A DNA stretch of 62,282 nt, counting the filler, from Collodictyon triciliatum (taxonomy: Eukaryota), in assembly GCA_043381765.1 (NCBI GenBank). It is 17 parts of 17 records of this genome, joined end to end, with 100 filler letters (N's around TTAATTAATTAA, not from the genome) between each part and the next. Parts side by side here need not be neighbours in the genome. Positions count along the whole stretch, not along the records: positions 1 to 3,643 come from JBHJMP010007049.1; positions 3,744 to 7,380 come from JBHJMP010007050.1; positions 7,481 to 11,116 come from JBHJMP010007051.1; 14 more parts are not named here. The stretch is one strand, 5' to 3'. Both the position numbers and the translations under genes were made by a program. The notes below the pieces were generated by a model. The model was not told the origin of the DNA and searched no databases. It worked only from the letters and a program-made list of their open reading frames with translations. Of the stretch, positions 1 through 10,400 are shown in pieces (positions within the stretch are counted from its first letter, which is position 1; each line of letters begins with the position of its first letter).

Positions 1-23
1 GTGAATGCAGGATATTTTCGATT

Positions 24-130
<107 letters not shown>

Positions 131-278
131 GGATTATTGTTATTGTTATTATTGTTATTATCATATTTATTCATTTTTGTCAAGTATCAAAAATTAAAAG
201 AAAATTCACAAAAAAATAAACAAACAAAATGGCAAAGCAAATAAAGAAAAAAAACAACTAAAATAATCATTATCATAG

Positions 279-883
279 GCTATCGGGCTTTACGGTGCAG
301 GGCGATGGAAATGCGTTGTGGAGTATATGGGTCACAGAAAAACGGCCGGGCAGTGCAGTCAGCGATGGCACAGAGTCTTACGCCCTGACATCAATCACAA
401 TCCGTGGACAATCGAAGAGGACGAGCTCCTATTAAGAACTGTGCGAGAAGTTGGAAGATACTTTTGGAGTGAGGTTTGGAAAATATATTTAAAAAAAAAT
501 CAAGAGTCAAAAAATACATGACAGTATTCACATTTATATTGTTAGGTGTATATTATGTCACAACATATATTTTCATTCGTAATTATGTATTAATCTTTGT
601 TTTTTTTTTGTTTTTTGCTTTTTTTGGAAATAATGTTTATTTTTAATTTGATAAACTCTAGACATTTTCCTGTGCAATATAGTTGCAAAGTATTTATTAG
701 ATTGTTTTTTCAACGATAGATATCCCTCTTATTCAATGGACGCACAGGACAACAATGCCGATATCGATGGCAACACTTATGTCGAGCAAACAGACCTCAC
801 ACGAGGCATATAGAGACTGTCCCAACAGCCTTAGCCAAGCCAGAGTTATCACCTCAGAAGATAGTTTACCCACAAGATGACGG
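279..883 (+). CDS. Myb-domain transcription factor (two or more Myb repeats), partial, spliced
   Basis: Exon 279-473 reads AIGLYGAGRWKCVVEYMGHRKTAGQCSQRWHRVLRPDINHNPWTIEEDELLL...WSE. A GT..AG intron follows, then the exon from 720 reads ISLLFNGRTGQQCRYRWQHL. This is the typical Myb W-spaced repeat pattern. The 5' end is not in the window and the 3' end is uncertain. Confidence 0.88.
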
Positions 884-1468
884 TGTAATTAGAATCATTT
901 GCATATATATCATAAATACGAATAAAGTATCGAGCTTGTGTAAATTTCACTCAAGCATGTTTTTCATGTCAGGATATCCCACGTTCACACACGGCAAATC
1001 GCATGTCCATTAGCTGGTTGTTGAACTGACGTCTTCTTCGAAGAGCAAATATAATTATGGTGAACGATAGTATATTCACTCAGCGCATTATTACTTTCTA
1101 CGAATGCAGCATTCAAAGGATTTTGAATGAATAAATGAAATAAGATGGAAAAAAATATTTCGAAACTTTTCATTTTAATAAGCATCCTAAGCAAGTCAAA
1201 AGATACGACAGATTCAAGAACATGACAACTCAACAATTTCATTCCAAATATTTGTCAACGCGTTTGATGCATTTATTTTTCATCAAGAAAAGCGTTCTGT
1301 TTGTAAATGTTGTTTTTTTTAAAAAAAAAAAAAGAGGATAAGGTTGATCTGCATCGATTCTGGATAGATTTTATGTACAGGTCAAGTTTCTGGTAGTAAA
1401 TAATGAACTATCATCACAGCAAAACATGCAAAAACACCGCGAAACCATCAGGTACGATACCCAGGTGG

Positions 1469-1862
1469 CTACAACGGGATGATGACTTTTGTTTGTGAGA
1501 ACATCTTGATTGCATCTTCGATGTCCCTAATTTTACTTTCGAGTGCCCCGCGTCTTTGGTTTCGTGCAAGGGTGGAAGGCTCAATAGGGAGCATGGACAT
1601 TTCATTCAGTAAGAACTCGTAATCTTAGGGGTATTGTTTGATTTGTTTAAAAAAAAAAAGGTTAAATTATATAAACCAAAGATTTGACTATGAATACATA
1701 ACTATGTGAATATTTTGTGTGGTGTATCACATACTCTCTTTCAGAAGAGCAAGAGTCTCGAGTCGTTCGGGCTCTGGCACGAGGCGCATTCCTGGGGGAC
1801 ATTCATTTCGTCTTTTTTCCTCTTCTTGAGCCCTAATACATTTCAGCAATTGTAATCAGATC

Positions 1863-1941
<79 letters not shown>

Positions 1942-3338
1942 TTGAAGATGCATATGTTGCCAGAGGCTAAATAAGACATATTGCGGAAATCTACGAATTG
2001 TTTAAGTTTTTTTTTTATGTGGTTACCGTAAAACCATTTCCGCTTCTTCCATTTGGCGACATAATATGCTTGAATTTGTAATGTTGAAAACAATAATTAG
2101 TCATGTATTACGAGCATTGCAATGCGATAATTGAGTAAAAATACATTTTTTTTTCAATAAGATGAAAGTGAAAGGGGTCTGAAAAAATATCACAAACTAG
2201 TTCGGGACTCTTCCATAACTTCGGTTTCTGTGCTTTGAATTCTCTTTTTCGTTTGGGTTCACTTCAGCAGTATTTTTTCGTTGTGTTTCCTGGGCTTTGA
2301 GGACATTATAGGAAATGAAATCACGAGGTGCGCTTGTTGGTCTCTATTTCCATTTTATAATTTGTTTCGAGTTAATTTTTATATATAAATTGGTGAGATA
2401 ATTGGTAACAGAATATACAATGAGATGCAAATTGTTTTATATAAACTTCTATTCTGCATCATTTTTTTTAATGAAGATATCGTCGAGGTAGGAAAGAGAT
2501 GTTGTTTGGAATCAGGGCTAGTTCCATGAATTCAGCAGCTTAAATTTTGAAGGTAAGAAAACCTTCACAGTATCGGCATCACACGCCCTCGGAACTGATG
2601 GCTTAGTTTTCATTCGTGGAGTAGGGCGACCCTTATTTTTCATGGCCATTGAAGTAAGAAGTTTTAGTATCTCACCAAAAAAAACCAAGCAGCAACAAAT
2701 AGTATCTCTGGTAAATTATAGGACAGTTGAAAGATTCAAATGTTTTATCTATGTGACATACAGCACTGGATGGTCTCGTTGAGTAGGGTCTGGTATGGCT
2801 TTTGAGAAAATCATGTTTTGGTTCTGCATTTTCGTAATCCTGAAGCAGGAATATTTGTAAGAATAGGTTAGGTAACCATAAAGAATAACAAAAAATAATA
2901 ATCAGGAGTTCGTACTGGAGAAACAATTCACAAAAATATGTGAAACAAAAAGGATCAGTTTTTCACTGATTGCTTATGTATTAGAGGACGTCTTTAACAA
3001 GTTTGCTCATTTTGTTACATCCTACATGACTGCGGAGTTGTGATTCTATAACTGAAGACACATGTGCATATCGAGGAGATGAACTACGCCTTGATCGATG
3101 TACTGAAGAGTCCTCTTCTCTCTTTAAAAATATTGAGATGCAGTTATATCGCCTTGACTTGGAATGATTTGTTATTACATATAATTGCAATATGCATAAT
3201 AGGATTACCAAATATGTGAAATGAAATATTATAAAACCTGCTTCGCAACTCGATTTTGTTCTTGTATGAGCTGAAGGCGGATTCTGTTCTCTTTGGTATG
3301 GTCTTTTGGCTCGATTCCAACACGACGAAGATCATCGC
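1469..3338 (-). CDS. ENKD1: Enkurin domain-containing protein (ENKD1-like), multi-exon, 5' end not resolved
   Basis: Spliced exons read DDLRRVGIEPKDHTKENRIRLQLIQEQNR, then KPSVPRA, RDFISYN, YGRVP, CPPGMRLVPEPERLETLALLKE and LPIEPSTLARNQRRGALESKIRDIEDAIKMFSQTKVIIPL* (TAG at 1469-1471). This matches the C-terminal Enkurin domain pattern. Confidence 0.8.
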
Positions 3339-3687
3339 TGCAAGCAGGATGTGGTTAGTTGGTATCAGTATTCATGGCACAATATTTCCTCGAGCGCCTT
3401 CAAGACAACTCAGAATTGCATGTCCAATGAATGCCACATAGTCTTGTTAAACAAAAGTACAGCACAGGAGTCATAAACCAATCTATGAAGAATTGATATA
3501 GAAAAGAAACTTGTGTATTTGCTCCGTTCTTGTATTTTGTTTTGTTTTATGTTTTTTTTATGTTTTTTATGTTTTTTATGTTTTTTATGTTTTTTATGTT
3601 TTTTATGTTTTTTATGTTTTTTATGTTTTTTATGTTTTTTATGNNNNNNNNNNNNNNNNNNNNNNNNNNNNNNNNNNNNNNNNNNNN

Positions 3688-3699
3688 TTAATTAATTAA
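3688..3699. other. Artificial contig-joining linker TTAATTAATTAA between N runs (stops in all six frames)
   Basis: The same linker recurs at 7425, 11161, 14901, 17866, 21603, 25321, 29053, 32783, 36512, 40240, 44022, 47432, 51158, 54883 and 58605, mostly about 3.7 kb apart and always inside N runs. Confidence 0.97.
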
Positions 3700-3963
3700 N
3701 NNNNNNNNNNNNNNNNNNNNNNNNNNNNNNNNNNNNNNNNNNNTTGTTTGTTTGTTTGTTTGTTTGTTTGTTTGTTTGTTTGTTTGTTTGTTTGTTTGTT
3801 TGTTTGTTTGTTTGTTTGTTTGTTTGTTTGTTTGTTTTTTTCTCTTCGGTCTCATTCAGCCTGTAAGTGAAAAACTTCATTACAAAGGTTGTGGCGAACT
3901 TGGTTTTATCGCTTTCAAGGACAATACTTTTTATACAACGAAAGTATCCCCATGCATAGCAGT

Positions 3964-4422
3964 TTATTGCGCAGACAACCATCGAATTAAATCTGGATTG
4001 ACAAAAGCAGGAGCTTTGATGAATCCAAGAAACAACCTGAATAAAATAATAGTATGATTACTATATAATAAGGTTAAAAAGTCCTTAAAATCTCATTCTG
4101 TTCCTGTAATCAATTTATATTCTATTTACCGTTTCTGTAATATTAATTCAAATATTACAAACAAGCCCTTGCATTGACCCAGACAGAACACACCCTATAA
4201 AACTGCCACCAAACATGTATTTCAAAAAAAGCATACTATTCACACTTGCGGCGGTAATCATTTTGTTTGAAGCCGATATGTTGACTTTCAGCCGCAATGG
4301 CTATACGGCCGTCCTTTCGAACTCGCCGAATTGGCTCTCAGCGTTTTGTCTCAAATTACTTGTAAAAAAACTTGGTGTGTTTGTTTGCCACAATGCGCAT
4401 ATTATGAAAGCCTCGGTAGATG
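3964..4422 (-). pseudogene. Degenerate 3-exon C-terminal fragment resembling alkaline ceramidase (CREST superfamily), copy A
   Basis: Putative exons 4422-4327 (AFIICALWQTNT..NLRQNAESQF), 4235-4159 (FFEIHVWWQ..) and 4036-3964 (LFLGFIKAPAFVNPDLIRWLSAQ*). They resemble the ceramidase pattern LWxxDxxFC...E-x-H-[AG]-W-W-H. Recognised by eye only. Confidence 0.45.
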
Positions 4423-4494
4423 CTTAATTTTACATGAAATGATTTTGTACAGTTGTTTGTATTTTTAAATTGACTGATTGACTAAAGTTTTATT

Positions 4495-4502
4495 AAAATT
4501 GA
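4495..4502 (+). promoter_or_regulatory. AAAATTGA motif (Mimivirus-type early promoter octamer) 54 nt upstream of the Fanzor ATG
   Basis: Exact octamer, at the same -54 position in copy B (33985-33992). It also occurs by chance elsewhere in this AT-rich DNA. Confidence 0.4.
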
Positions 4503-4548
4503 AAACTCGGTAGTTTTCTAAAGGAAAAAGTAAAACAAAGACTTTCAC

Positions 4549-6549
4549 ATGAAGAAAAGAAACCGTCTTGAGTCTGAAAATCTAAAGTCTGTAAAACCAG
4601 ACTATTGAAATGTGAAAACATCTCTGAAGTCGATTGTAAAGAATGCGGATGACTGTGACAAAATCAACGATACGGTTTTATTGTGTCATAATTTGGTTAC
4701 CGACACAATTATCTGTTTGCAAGATGTTACATATTGAAGTCATAACAACTCCCAACAATCGATAAAATGAAAGTTTTTTTTGTACGCTTTAAAGATAGTC
4801 GGAATAGTTTCACAAGATAGACCCGCAAGTTTAAAAAAACCAGAAATGGGGGATGACAAGATGACTTTTTATCTCTACGTTTTTCGATTCCATTTGTCCC
4901 GAGAAGAACGTTTTCCGTTGGTTGGATTGTCTCATGTATTACCGTACTTGGCGAAGCAAATGTTAACAGCTTATCATAATCACCTTCACCATCCTGCACA
5001 AAATTGAAAGGAAGAATAAAAAAAAAAACAGCTTATCATAATAACATTAAGGAACGTTTTGTAAAGAGGTTACTGCACTTTATAAATCGAACACTTCCTA
5101 AAGACAAGAATGTTATGGAAGCTATTAAAAAGGCAGAGTTACGAAAGTTTAAAAAGAAGCCATCTTCAATAATCTCGAAATACCGGAAATATACAAAGAA
5201 TGGGCTACAACGCGTTTGAATCATATCATTCCCAGAGATATTGTAAATGGTATCGAATGTGATGTCAAAGTCAATCCAAATAAGTACATTCAGTGTCTGA
5301 CTTACATGAATCGCATTTTGGGGGACATTGGAACCAAACTGCTTCAACCAATCTCTATAAGAACTAACAATATACCATGTCATGTTACTCTAGATACTGC
5401 ATGTTTGATAGAGCTATTCGTATTGTCTGAAAAAACGTTACTGAAGAATATATCAGGATGCAAAGAGACACTATTGAATGATTATTTTGTAATGAAGAAG
5501 AGGGTCTTTAATCAAAGATATTAGAATTTTAAATACATGATACAAACAGACGAGTTGGCGGTATCATTATTATTTGAAAACAATAAAGCTATTTCAAATT
5601 CAAAATCTCAATATAATAATAAAAAAAACCCAAGAATATGTTTATATGGATGAACTTTCCGAAGAGCAGTTATCTTTATTAGCGACAAAATAAATAGTTG
5701 GGGTAGACACAGGCAAGCTTATTTGGGTTAGATGGTGAGTGAGACAGGTAAGAAATTACGTTACACGGCGCGCCAAAGAAGATATGATAGCAAATCTCTT
5801 AAAAATCACAAAATACTCTTGCGCGAGAAAAAAGTACATTGCTTCAGGGATATGCATGACAACAGATTTACAAAGTGCTTTTTCCTTTTGGTCCCCTGAC
5901 TTTTGAAGAGAATCAGCGGTTTGAGACATCAAGAGTATTTTTAATCGATTTAGAGACAGAACTGAGTAAACATAATTTATGCACGGTCGATTATGAAAAA
6001 TTTCGAAAATATATATCTATGAAATCAAGATACCAGATAGAATTTTGCAGATTTTATGAACACGTAACTTTTCGAAAGATGAGATGGAGACATTATGTTA
6101 ATGCAAAAAGAAGTGAACAGTTGTTCATGGACGGAATCGAAAAGACATTTGGCAAGGATGTTGTTGGCGTATGGAGACTGGAGAAGAAAATCTCCGATGA
6201 AGCATTTTATGCCAACAATCAGAAGTGCATTACGAAAAATACTATCCAAACGGTTTGAAACAATCAGTGTAGATGAATTTATAACCTCCAAGATGTGCTG
6301 CAACTGCGAAAAATACTGGATTATATGAAACTGAAAGGAAATTCAAAAAATGTGTATAGATGTCTCATATGTAAAGAATGCAATCGCCCAGACAGCAAAC
6401 ATAGTGTATTCTTGACAAGGGACTTTAACAGCGCTAATGATAGACTCAAGAAAGTGCTTTTAATCCTAAAAATATGCGTACACCTTTCTTTAAAAAAACA
6501 GGCTGTCGGGTCAGTCCTGGCAGCCTTCAACACTACACAATCTTTGTGA
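4549..6549 (+). pseudogene. Fanzor (Fanzor1-like, TnpB-derived RNA-guided endonuclease), frameshifted with in-frame stops, copy A
   Basis: N-terminus VKTSLKSIV..KINDTVLLCH; LDTACLIELF; FKYMIQTD..VSLLF; RuvC-I IVGVDTGK (GAC 5706); FRKMRWRHY..KRSE; LAYGDW..KHFMPT; RuvC-II VDEFITSKMCCNC (GAA 6275); second Zn knuckle CKEC; RuvC-III TRDFNSA (GAC 6421). Spans about 2 kb. Confidence 0.9.
4981..5026 (+). mobile_element. 46-nt LINE-derived insertion with A-tail and 16-bp TSD inside Fanzor copy A
   Basis: TSD AACAGCTTATCATAAT at 4965-4980 and 5027-5042. The insert CACCATCCTGCACAAAATTGAAAGGAAGAATAAAAAA matches 40560-40597 and the reverse complement near 39597-39635. Copy B has the empty site near 34452. 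Confidence 0.9.
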
Positions 6550-6640
6550 AAAAAGTGGTGAGACCTTGGATACTAGGACACCAGGTTTACTATTCGGAAG
6601 ATTGATATACCTCTTCTAGTGAATATTATAATTGATGCAA
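6500..6640 (+). ncRNA. Candidate Fanzor omegaRNA scaffold plus flanking guide, copy A
   Basis: Conserved with 35980-36097 past the ORF end. Nested stem TCA(C)CACT-ACACAA/TTGTG-AGTGGTGA and a second stem AGACC(T)TGG...CCAGGTTT. Conservation stops at about 6621. Confidence 0.55.
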
Positions 6641-7480
6641 TATCAATAAATAAAATCGGACTTATCCTTTATTTTATTCGACCTTTTACATACCAAATAT
6701 AGCATGATTACTGAGTGAAAACAGACAAAGATCGAACATCCACAAAACCCTGCCATGTCGTCTCGGGTGGCTGCGCTGACTCTGTTCGCGGACTGCACTA
6801 CACCATTGCGTGGAATCCTAAAGGGCTTCGTTAACAGATGTCGGATGACGAAGAAGCGCAAGAATATCGGCAAGAAGAGCCGCAGCCAACCGCGCTTTTG
6901 GTCTTTGAGAGTCCCGTGGGGAATGCTCTCTGCGAGAGAAGAATCCGGCCCCGCTCGGTTCCTGGGTCCAGACAGGTCGAAAGCAGGTTTGTGTGTTCGA
7001 GAAGACGCGTACATACTGCATTTTTCATGTGCGCGCTCTCAGATAAATAAAGGGCTTGGTATTGGAGCCTATCCAATCATGGCACACTTTTTAAGGAGCA
7101 GGAGTTCAACAAAAGTGAAGGGAAAGTGGGATGCACAGATGATCTTTGCGAATTAATGACATCTGCCTCATGATTTTTTACAACATTCAGCGATTTTACA
7201 TTCCTCTTTTCTATTCTATTCTTTTCCATTTATTTCTTTTCTTTTCTATTCTATTTCTATTCTATTTCTATTCTATTTCTATTCTATTTCTATTCTATTT
7301 CTATTCTATTTCTATTCTATTTCTATTCTATTTCTATTCTATTTCTATTCTATTTCTATTCTATTTCTATTCTATTTCTANNNNNNNNNNNNNNNNNNNN
7401 NNNNNNNNNNNNNNNNNNNNNNNNTTAATTAATTAANNNNNNNNNNNNNNNNNNNNNNNNNNNNNNNNNNNNNNNNNNNN

Positions 7481-10400
7481 TTGTAATGCATTGACTTTGT
7501 TTGTTAAATCTGTGTTTTGTGCTTCTATATCACGTACGTGTTGTTGTAATTGAGCGTGATCACGTTGTAATGTAGTGTGTCGGTTTCCATCTACCACAAT
7601 TTTATCTTCAAAGTATGTTAATGCAGAATTTCGTCTGTTAAGTTCAATTGTGAGAGTGTCTATTTTTTGCTTTGTTTCTTGTAATTGACTCTCTAATCTT
7701 GCGTTGGTTGTCGCCATGACAGTCTCAGCATTGCTTGGAACATTTAATTGTAATTTTAATTTGTCAATTTCTTCTTGTAATTCTTCGTTACGTTGTTGAA
7801 GTTCGAGATTTTGATCCTCATATGCAATACGTGTTGCTTCTGCACGTTCACTAATTTGTTGTTCTTTTGTAATTTGAGCTTTGTAATGTCCTTCGAGTTT
7901 ATTTCGCAGTAAATCGAATTGAGCTTGTGTATAACTTAGCTCTTGTTGATTAGGAGACACGAACTGTCTTTGAGATGATTCAAGGGTATGAATCTTTTGT
8001 TGCAAAGATTCTATGATATTTTGTTGTTTTTTATTGCTAGCTTGCAATTGGCCTAATTCTATTTTATGTTCCATGCGTGCTTGATTTAACTGTTGTTTCT
8101 GTTCTTCCAATTTGGGAGCATATACTGAGTGTAATGTGTCTGTAACTTCATTTCTGCGTGTCTCAAATCATTGTAGCTGATCTTTTAATTCTGCCTCATG
8201 CTGTTGCCTAATAGTGCTGATTTGATTTTTTAATGCTTGTATTTCTGTATTGAAAGCTTTTTGTATGCTGATAATGTGGTCATTTCGTTGTTGTAGTTCA
8301 GATTGTAAGGCATTAGATAAATTGCTATTTGCGTTGCCTTGTTGTGTTACTTCTATAACTGATTGTCGCAGTCGTTCATTTTCGGACTGTAATTGTACTA
8401 TTGATTGATGCTGCTGACCAGTAAAATTTTTGAAATTGCTATTTTCTTGGCGTAATTCTTCAAGAGTTTTTTGATAAAATGTTGATTGTGCAATATTTGA
8501 TGCTACAGCAGTTTCTAATTCTTGTTTTAAACGTCTGATTTCAGCTGTTCTATTTTTTGTTTGTGACTCAACTGACTCTGTGGGTAAGTATATTTGTTTT
8601 CGTGTTTGATCATTTCGTAATTTGTCTAATTCTTTTAGCAATTCTTCATTGGTTTGTTTTAATTTACGTGCTTCCTCAATTAATGGAGTTTGTTGGTCAA
8701 GTGGGATACTGTTTTGCGCATTTTGTCGTATTTGTGCCAAATGTTCTTGATATCGAGCTTGGTTTTGCTCAATTTCGCGTTGTTTTTCGTCTACTTTCTT
8801 CTGCAAATTGGCAATGTCTCGTTGAAAAACTGATGTCATTTTATCGGTTTCTCCTCTTATTTGATCAAACTTTTTTACCCATTCAGCTGTTGCTTTTCTG
8901 ACTTCTTGTTCTACTTCTTGTTTCATTTTGTCTTGAGCACTAGTTAGTTTATTTCTGAATGTATCTGTTGTTTGTTTTACTATTGCAGCTTTTCTTTCGT
9001 GCATTTCGTTAAACATTGATTGTTGGCCAGCTTTAAATTGCTTTTCTTGTTCTGCTTTCATTTGTTGTTGTGTTGTTTGCTGCTGTAATTTTGCTGCTGC
9101 AATTTCATTTTCGTACCTCCTTTGTTCTTGCTGCTGTGTGTGCATTATTTCCAAAAGTTGTTCTTTGACTTGAGACAACCCGGAGACCATATCGATTCTT
9201 TTCTGGTCTAATTTCTGGCCAAAGTTTAGTTTACCTGTTAATATTTGAAGTCTTTCATGTACAGATCGTCTTAATTCATCAATGGTCATCTGTCCATGTT
9301 GGATAATTTGATCTTGTTCCTGATCTTCCAAAGCATCAAAATATTGATCGCCATCAGAATCTTCTGTAGGTGCTTGAGATACAGGGGTCGCAGTTGGTCT
9401 TTTTAAAATACTTTTTAATGTCGGTGTTGTTGATGACGGTAAAAATTTTTTGCAGTTTGTATTAATAACTGAAGTTCTGGCGGGGGTGGAATAATTTCAA
9501 ACCCTTGCACATCATAATGTTTCTGTTTCTTTGGAGTTGTGGATGCAGCAGATGGCGTGGTTGGTTGTAATATGGATTTAGGTGTATTGTCTACAAATTC
9601 AACAACATTGGCAGAAGAAGGTTTTGCTGATGCAGCAGAAGGCGTGGCTGGTTGTAATATGGATTTGGGTGTTTCGTCTACAAATTGTATTGATTTCAAA
9701 GGCGATGGATTTTTGAGACTTATATTAATTTGTTTTACAGGTGTTTTTTGTTTAGACGTTGATTTTCTTTCTGATTTTGGAGAAATTGGGCGATTGCTAT
9801 CTGTTTGCACAGGTGTATTGGGTTGTGTTGCTGATCTTTTGGATTTTGGAGTAGAAGCGACTGAATTAGTTTGTGTACGAGACGCAGTCTGTCGACTTTT
9901 TAGTTCATCTAGAGTGGCTTGTAATTGTATAATTTGTTGTTGTTCTGATGCTAACTTTGTTCTTAAAATTTCAGTTTCAGTTTGATTTTTATCATATTCT
10001 TGCTGAGCTTCACTCAATCTTTTTTCGTAATCTTGTTGCATAGCTCTCATAGCAGATAAATTTGTATTATGCTCGTTTTGTTTAGCTGTGTTATTTCGTT
10101 CTAAATCAGCAATAATAATTTTATAAGCTTCCAATTCTTGAGATAAAGCATCAATATTATGTCTGTTTGCCAGAAAATCTTGACGCATTATCTCTTCTCG
10201 TATAGCATACTCTTTTTCTAATGTTGCAATTTGGGTAGTTTTTTCTCTTTCCATTTCATTTTTAATTTTTCCGACCTCTGATCGATATTGACGTTCAAGT
10301 TCTTGTTTTTTATCTTCAAGTGTCAGCAATAACTCTTGCTTTTCTTCTTGTAATTTATAAATGATCATTGCATTATTTGAATTTAATTGGGTAAACCCTA

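Larger units (their letters stand above)
3845..6621 (+). mobile_element. Fanzor-containing repeat, copy A (no transposase recognised)
   Basis: Colinear homology with 33075-36097 from TTCGGTCTCATTCAGCCTGTAA to ...TATAC(C)TCTT(CT)AGTG, after which the flanks diverge. The left boundary is uncertain because a microsatellite and a gap precede it. Confidence 0.8.

Noticed and set aside
3848-3854. GGTCTCA at the left end as an inverted repeat of TGAGACC near the right end (about 6559)
   Set aside because: It is only 7 bp and not terminal on the right side, which is too weak to call a TIR.
3752-4427. Plus-strand ORFs upstream of Fanzor (3752-4057, 4215-4427; 33097-33291, 33751-33933) as a transposase or accessory gene
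   Set aside because: No DDE, HUH, serine- or tyrosine-recombinase motif is present. The spliced antisense ceramidase-like reading explains the region better.
6643-7156. Overlapping GC-richer ORFs right of Fanzor copy A
   Set aside because: They are not shared with copy B and have no recognisable motif, so they were treated as flank of unknown nature.
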